The notes under the pieces are model-generated. The model saw only the letters and a list, made by a program, of their open reading frames with translations, searched no databases and was not told the DNA's origin. A DNA stretch of 64,000 nt from an uncultured Micavibrio sp. (GTDB taxonomy: Bacteria; Pseudomonadota; Alphaproteobacteria; Micavibrionales; UBA1664): assembly GCA_964350795.1 (NCBI GenBank), contig CAYGLI010000003.1, positions 272 to 64,271 of the forward strand, read 5' to 3'. The stretch's first letter is position 1; every line of letters starts with the position of its first letter. Positions 59,388-64,000 of the stretch are shown here, piece after piece. A program made the position numbers and the translations under genes.

Positions 59388-60611
59388 CTATATTTTCTTA
59401 GTCGTCGGTCCAAATCGTAATATTAAATACGCCAATATTGCCGAACTTAATGACCCGATAATCACGCCCATCCGCACCGCGGCGGCTTGGTCGCGTGTGT
59501 CGAAGGCCAACTCACCGATAAAGAGTGACATGGTAAACCCAACACCACACAGTAATGATACGGCATATAATTGCCACCAATTTGTGTTTTTTGGCATGGG
59601 GGATAAACCGACCTTAATCACAATCCATAAAAGAACAAAAATTCCAATTTGTTTCCCAAAAAACAACCCCTTCGCGATACCCAATGTGACGGGGTTAAAC
59701 ACATCCGCAATTGTCATGCCCGCGAACGATACACCCGCATTGGCGAATGCAAAAACAGGCAACACCATAAAGGCAATCCATGGATGAAGCCCATGCTCAA
59801 GATGTTTTAGCGGCGATTGTTGAGGATTATTTTTGTCCCCCAATGGAACAAACATCGCGGTAATCACACCCGCCAATGTCGCGTGCACACCCGATTTTAA
59901 AACCGCAAACCACAAGACGAATCCTAACAACATATAGGGTGCAATCGTCATTACCTTCATACGGTTTGCACCAATTAAACCAAGTAAGGCTACCGCGGCA
60001 AACATCAATGGAATGATATTCACCGTTTCGGTATAAAATAACGCAATAATTACAATCGCACCCAAATCATCAATAATCGCAATCGCGGTCAAAAGAATTT
60101 TAAGTGAAACAGGCGCTCGCGACCCAACCAATGCCAATATCCCCAGAGCGAATGCAATATCCGTTGCCGCAGGAATTGCCCACCCTCTTATTAATTCTGG
60201 GCTGTCCATATTCAGATAATAATAAACAAGTGCCGGCACGGCCATACCACCAACCGCCGCCAACGCCGGAAGCAAGGCGCGATCTCGGGATGACAACTCC
60301 CCCTCCATAAATTCCCGTTTAATTTCCAAACCCACAAGGAAAAAGAAAATCGCCATCAAACCATCATTAATCCATAACAATAATGGTTTTGAAATTTTCA
60401 GCGCGGCAAAGCCATCAATGGATGAAAATCCAATTGTTAAATAGACTTTTTCTAAAATATATTCGTAATATTCATACAATGGCGTATTCGCGATAATCAC
60501 CGCGGTTAACGCCGCAAGCATCAATAAGATACCGCCAGAAGCCTCCATCTTAAGAAATTGCTGTATTGGTGTTAAAATTCTACTTTGATTATTAGGGGAT
60601 TTTTGTTTCAT
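59388..60611 (-). CDS. nhaA: Na+/H+ antiporter NhaA
   Basis: 407 aa, polytopic. WINDGLMAIFFFLVGLEIKRE and ATDIAFALG motifs. Confidence 0.92.
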   Translation of the reverse strand: MKQKSPNNQSRILTPIQQFLKMEASGGILLMLAALTAVIIANTPLYEYYEYILEKVYLTIGFSSIDGFAALKISKPLLLWINDGLMAIFFFLVGLEIKREFMEGELSSRDRALLPALAAVGGMAVPALVYYYLNMDSPELIRGWAIPAATDIAFALGILALVGSRAPVSLKILLTAIAIIDDLGAIVIIALFYTETVNIIPLMFAAVALLGLIGANRMKVMTIAPYMLLGFVLWFAVLKSGVHATLAGVITAMFVPLGDKNNPQQSPLKHLEHGLHPWIAFMVLPVFAFANAGVSFAGMTIADVFNPVTLGIAKGLFFGKQIGIFVLLWIVIKVGLSPMPKNTNWWQLYAVSLLCGVGFTMSLFIGELAFDTRDQAAAVRMGVIIGSLSSAILAYLILRFGPTTKKI

Positions 60612-60660
60612 GAGAATGAGTATAGAATGATTTGCAAATCATAAAAAGTAAAATCATTAC

Positions 60661-61578
60661 ATGTTGCGTAACCTTCTTCTGACCAGTCATCTTAGCCATT
60701 TTCAGGCCGCATCCTATGCTGTTTTGGCTTATTTTTTATTTGCATTATCCGACGGGTTTGCAAAATTATTGATGGCTGATGGGTGGGAACGCAGCATGAT
60801 TTTGGTCATTACCAGCATTCCATCAATGATCACCCTGACATTATTTATGATCAAAAGACATGGCATTAAAAATGCCCTACACACAAATTATAAAACACTT
60901 CATATTATTCGATGCCTTGCGTTAATTGGTGTGACGTATTTTGGGTTTAAGGCTTTGCAGCATTTACAACTTGCCGATTTTTACGGCATTGTTTTTTCAA
61001 CGCCTTTGGTCGTAACATTAGGGGCATTTTTATTTTTTAAAGAACGAATTTCATTAACCGAAATTATCGTTATTTTAATTGGATTTTCAGGAACATTAAT
61101 AGTTGCCCAACCGGATTTTAATGATTTCAATATTGGATATTTATATGGATTTGGTGGTGTCATATGCGTAACTATTGCTGCACTTAGTGTGCGCAAAATG
61201 GGGCGTGAAGAAGATCCGTATTTGTTTGTCATCTTCGCCAATTTAGGAATTACATTAGCCAATATTGGCCCTGCATTATATTATGGCCTTCCCCTGGAGA
61301 TGACGTTAACTCATGGTTTTATTTTTATCGTTTATTGTATTGCTATTCCTGTTGCGATTTTGGTTTTAAGTGCCGTGTTTTCACGTGCACCAACATTGGC
61401 GGCCGTTGCACCATTTCAATATTCACAAATTATTTGGGGAACGGCGTTTGGTTATATCGTCTTTCATGATATTCCATCATTCACAACAATACTTGGCAGT
61501 GTCATTGTGATTAGCTCAGGTCTATATATTTTATTTTATCACCAGAGACAGCGAAATAAACCAACGCTAGCCAAGTGA
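60661..61578 (+). CDS. EamA/DMT-family transporter
   Basis: 305 aa, about 10 TM segments in two EamA-like halves. Confidence 0.7.
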   Translation: MLRNLLLTSHLSHFQAASYAVLAYFLFALSDGFAKLLMADGWERSMILVITSIPSMITLTLFMIKRHGIKNALHTNYKTLHIIRCLALIGVTYFGFKALQHLQLADFYGIVFSTPLVVTLGAFLFFKERISLTEIIVILIGFSGTLIVAQPDFNDFNIGYLYGFGGVICVTIAALSVRKMGREEDPYLFVIFANLGITLANIGPALYYGLPLEMTLTHGFIFIVYCIAIPVAILVLSAVFSRAPTLAAVAPFQYSQIIWGTAFGYIVFHDIPSFTTILGSVIVISSGLYILFYHQRQRNKPTLAK

Positions 61579-62046
61579 TTTTTTATCCTCACTCCGTTTG
61601 TAAACGTAAATTCCAAGAACGGATAAACCCACCGCCCAAATAGCGGACAGCGATTCAATTGCCTCAATCACCACGCTCGCCTTATCCGTTTCGAACACCA
61701 TAATATACGCCACACCAAACATTTGTGCCGCCCATGTTAGTGCCATGAGATACCCAAAGGTCGGACGCATCCGCCGTACATATTTATCATCTGATAAAAT
61801 TTCCGCACGCAGGGACGTATTAATCTCTGTTAATTTTTGTGTGTCTTGAACCGCCAATTGTTCGATATGCCGATTGGCCTCCTTCATTTGATCAATCGAA
61901 ATCGCGCCATTGGTAATTTCTTTCTCAACATCCTTTAACGCTTCGCTGGCATTTTTTGCGAAATCATTATCGATTTTTGAGAGAACCTTTGACAATGTTG
62001 TGGTGAGGAATGACAAACCGAGTTTTCCTAAAAGTGTTTCTAGCAT
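61567..62046 (-). CDS. putative holin (3TM, gene-transfer-release type)
   Basis: 159 aa. A long amphipathic N-terminal half is followed by RRMRPTFGYLMALTWAAQMFGVAYIMVF and two more hydrophobic segments. The ATG abuts the hydrolase stop. Confidence 0.5.
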   Translation of the reverse strand: MLETLLGKLGLSFLTTTLSKVLSKIDNDFAKNASEALKDVEKEITNGAISIDQMKEANRHIEQLAVQDTQKLTEINTSLRAEILSDDKYVRRMRPTFGYLMALTWAAQMFGVAYIMVFETDKASVVIEAIESLSAIWAVGLSVLGIYVYKRSEDKKSLG

Positions 62047-62532
62047 TTAACTCTCCAATTTAAAAAACACATGCGTGCCAAATTGTGCGATGGGCTTAAT
62101 CCCCAACGACCATTTTGGTGCAACGGCCGTTGTGTGATAATGATCTGCACCATTGGTGATGTCCGCGCCCAAATCACCATAAACCGCACGACGTGCAATG
62201 CGTAGGCATGTTGCAAAATGAATATCTTTTGCATCCACCGCCATTAATTTTGGACGGTTCGGGTCACCTGGATTCCAACAGGAAAATTGATACGGCGTTT
62301 GACACACACTCACAATATCATTCCCCCACCAAAATTTTCCACCTTTTGATTGGGCATGTTTCGCGCGATTCAAAACCACATGCGCCACGGCCTCCATGCC
62401 TTGTTGAGATTCCGATCTGGCCTCGCCATAAATTGTGCGTGCCAAAACATCAACCTCTAACCCCTTAATAAAGTCATCTGCCGCGGCCTGATCTCCATCC
62501 TTCATTTCAATGATTTGATGTGTTGTTCCCAT
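62047..62532 (-). CDS. cell wall hydrolase (SleB / Hydrolase_2 family) endolysin-like
   Basis: LARTIYGEARSESQQGMEAVAHVVLNRAK ... YQFSCWN ... HYH pattern. The start may be the internal ATG at 62505. Confidence 0.75.
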   Translation of the reverse strand: MGTTHQIIEMKDGDQAAADDFIKGLEVDVLARTIYGEARSESQQGMEAVAHVVLNRAKHAQSKGGKFWWGNDIVSVCQTPYQFSCWNPGDPNRPKLMAVDAKDIHFATCLRIARRAVYGDLGADITNGADHYHTTAVAPKWSLGIKPIAQFGTHVFFKLES

Positions 62533-62836
62533 GGGTTGTTATCCTTTCAACTTGTTTGTCTAGTTTTGATTCAATCCGCAAAAGATGTGCGACCAATCGT
62601 GTTTCCAAATTCCGCAAATCCGTTTGTGTGGAGTATGTTTTCGCGACTTCTAATTTATAAGCCGACAGCGATTCCCGCATTTGCGAATGTCGCGTCTCCA
62701 ATAATTGATGCAGATGATCGAGACGCGTTTCATATTCCTTCCGCCCTCGCCAAATCATCACGAATAATGATGTTGCAATTGGGATGTCGACAACCGTCAT
62801 CCACCAAATCATGTAAGATGGAAAAGTCAGATCCAT
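62507..62836 (-). CDS. hypothetical membrane-anchored coiled-coil protein (lysis accessory?)
   Basis: 109 aa. N-terminal TM (MIWWMTVVDIPIATSLFVMIW) followed by heptad-like helical sequence. First gene of the three-gene cassette. Confidence 0.45.
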   Translation of the reverse strand: MDLTFPSYMIWWMTVVDIPIATSLFVMIWRGRKEYETRLDHLHQLLETRHSQMRESLSAYKLEVAKTYSTQTDLRNLETRLVAHLLRIESKLDKQVERITTHGNNTSNH

Positions 62837-62859
62837 ATTTATTTTTCCTTTTGATAATA

Positions 62860-62892
62860 AAAAAACCCACCAAAAGGTGGGCTGGTTTTTTT
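62860..62892. terminator. bidirectional rho-independent terminator
   Basis: AAAAAA-CCCACC-AAAA-GGTGGG-CTGG-TTTTTTT. On the minus strand it follows the stop of 62908..63552. Confidence 0.75.
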
Positions 62893-62907
62893 AATTCGTA
62901 TTCTTGG

Positions 62908-63552
62908 TTAAGGCCGACGCGAAGGTGTTTTCACCGTCGATAAATCAATCCGATTTTGTGTCGGATGAATAACATAACCATCGATAATTGTGATGGGCTT
63001 GAGGATGTTCAAATCTTCTGGTGGGCACAAAGCAACACTGTATGGTTGAACAACCAATTGAAACCACACACTAAAGTCTTCCCCCTTACCGTAAATTCCT
63101 TTTGCAAAATTTAAGCCTTGAAAATGGTTTTCTAATATTTCTATATACTTCTCAGCAACAGCTTTTAAATGATCGCTTTCATCTTCCGATTCTGCAGAAA
63201 GGACTGACATTAAAACCTGTTTATAATACGTAGTATAAATTGTTTCAAATCTCGGTTCATATACTTCTTTGTTACCAAAGTCGTCAAAAGCTATAAATCC
63301 TGCTGGCACCTCTAAAGGTCCATAATCAACAGAAAAGAGCGCAACTTCATCTATTTCTTTCTCACTAAAATCATATTTTGACTTGATCTCTTCAAATCTT
63401 TTTTCATCAATAATCGTTTGAGGAAATACAACAGCAACAACCTGAAAACATAGTGTTGAGTTCAGCTCTAATATATCACGAGGCGTGCCAAAGGCTTTAT
63501 TTCCAGCACCTTTTAATTGTTTCAATCGTTGTAAATTTTGGTATCTACTCAT
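62908..63552 (-). CDS. hypothetical protein (214 aa)
   Basis: AT-rich, has its own terminator, no recognised motif. Confidence 0.45.
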   Translation of the reverse strand: MSRYQNLQRLKQLKGAGNKAFGTPRDILELNSTLCFQVVAVVFPQTIIDEKRFEEIKSKYDFSEKEIDEVALFSVDYGPLEVPAGFIAFDDFGNKEVYEPRFETIYTTYYKQVLMSVLSAESEDESDHLKAVAEKYIEILENHFQGLNFAKGIYGKGEDFSVWFQLVVQPYSVALCPPEDLNILKPITIIDGYVIHPTQNRIDLSTVKTPSRRP

Positions 63553-63596
63553 AACCCACTTAAATTATATGAAAATAAATTAAAACACAAGAAAAA

Positions 63597-63671
63597 CTTT
63601 GCGCGACTTCGCGTGACTTTGCGTTTCAAATCAAACCTTCTGGATTGCATGGTCAGGCCACGCAATGACGA
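63597..63671. repeat. partial copy of the 1488-1680 element
   Basis: CTTYGCGYGA x3 (63597-63626), TGGATTGC (63641) and CGCAATGACGA (63661) appear in the same order as in the copy at 1556-1637. Confidence 0.65.
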
Positions 63672-64000
63672 TCATGTTTTCGCCTTAAAAATTGTTGCGT
63701 TGGGACTCCAATTTTTACGTGTGCCCCTCTGTTTGCCTGATGCAATGCGGATGGGCTCTTGGGACAAGGCACCCGCCACCGCGTCCAATCCATCATCGCG
63801 TCCGTTTTTTGCACTTGGTCGCCATTCACGTATTTCATTAAAGAATGAAGTTTGTTTTATACATTCATGAACCGAGAGAGATTCCGATGCCAAAACAACA
63901 TCAAACGATTCCAAAATGCGGTGTGATTTTGGCATACGATTTGAATATTCAATGACCGATGAATGAACCCCCATCGCACGGCATTCACGTCGTAATATTG
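63672..64000 (-). CDS. phage terminase large subunit-like protein, C-terminal end (5' part outside window)
   Basis: The frame stays open to the window edge. The tail FFNEIREWRPSAKNGRDDGLDAVAGALSQ resembles the terminase-6C ending (...fP.g.hDD.vDAl..al). Confidence 0.4.
   Translation of the reverse strand, partial: ILRRECRAMGVHSSVIEYSNRMPKSHRILESFDVVLASESLSVHECIKQTSFFNEIREWRPSAKNGRDDGLDAVAGALSQEPIRIASGKQRGTRKNWSPNATIFKAKT

Noticed and set aside
63538-63870. 110-aa plus-strand ORF.
   Set aside because: It spans the intergenic repeat element and then runs antisense to the terminase-like frame. Its translation has no coding-like features.

Overview
The window looks like an AT-rich chromosomal segment of a flagellated alphaproteobacterium. 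This lineage call is an inference from ChpT and CpdR homologues, a CtrA-type box, a fused cytochrome b/c1 gene (fbcH type), a long Rickettsia-type Icd, and a SleB-type hydrolase next to a GTA-type 3TM holin.

Most of the window is housekeeping:
- a yejA/yejB/yejE peptide ABC transporter interrupted by kdsB and a histidine phosphatase
- rpsU
- a cheA-cheW-cheY-cheB-cheR operon
- chpT, flhF, flhG, a FliK-like gene and cpdR
- mdh, pgm, galU, pepP, smpB, slt, cca, hemF, trmL
- petA-fbcH, lepA, acnA, folD, icd, nhaA

Accessory content:
1. A 6.3-kb island sits in tRNA-Val, bounded by a perfect 70-bp direct repeat. It carries a tyrosine integrase, an iteron-like array and a restriction-modification module (two dissimilar m5C methyltransferases flanking a DUF3883-like nuclease).
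2. An older integrase-less island remnant follows it and ends at a decayed copy of the tRNA 3' end.
3. A cheZ-like gene heads a run of unknown genes that includes two tandem paralogues. Three small secreted proteins follow, two of them behind near-identical promoters.
4. An amidoligase gene overlaps a peptidase-C26 gene.
5. A HigB/Gp49-type toxin is frameshifted in a homopolymer run beside an intact XRE antitoxin.
6. A phage/GTA-like lysis cassette lies near a terminase-like gene fragment.

No rRNA, CRISPR array or transposase was seen. The best candidates for undescribed biology are the cheZ-linked paralogue cluster (46.0-48.4 kb), the island R-M module with its iterons, and an orphan consensus promoter that drives a leaderless 62-codon ORF or an sRNA at 28.4 kb. 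All calls rest on reading the sequence and remembered family motifs; no searches were run.
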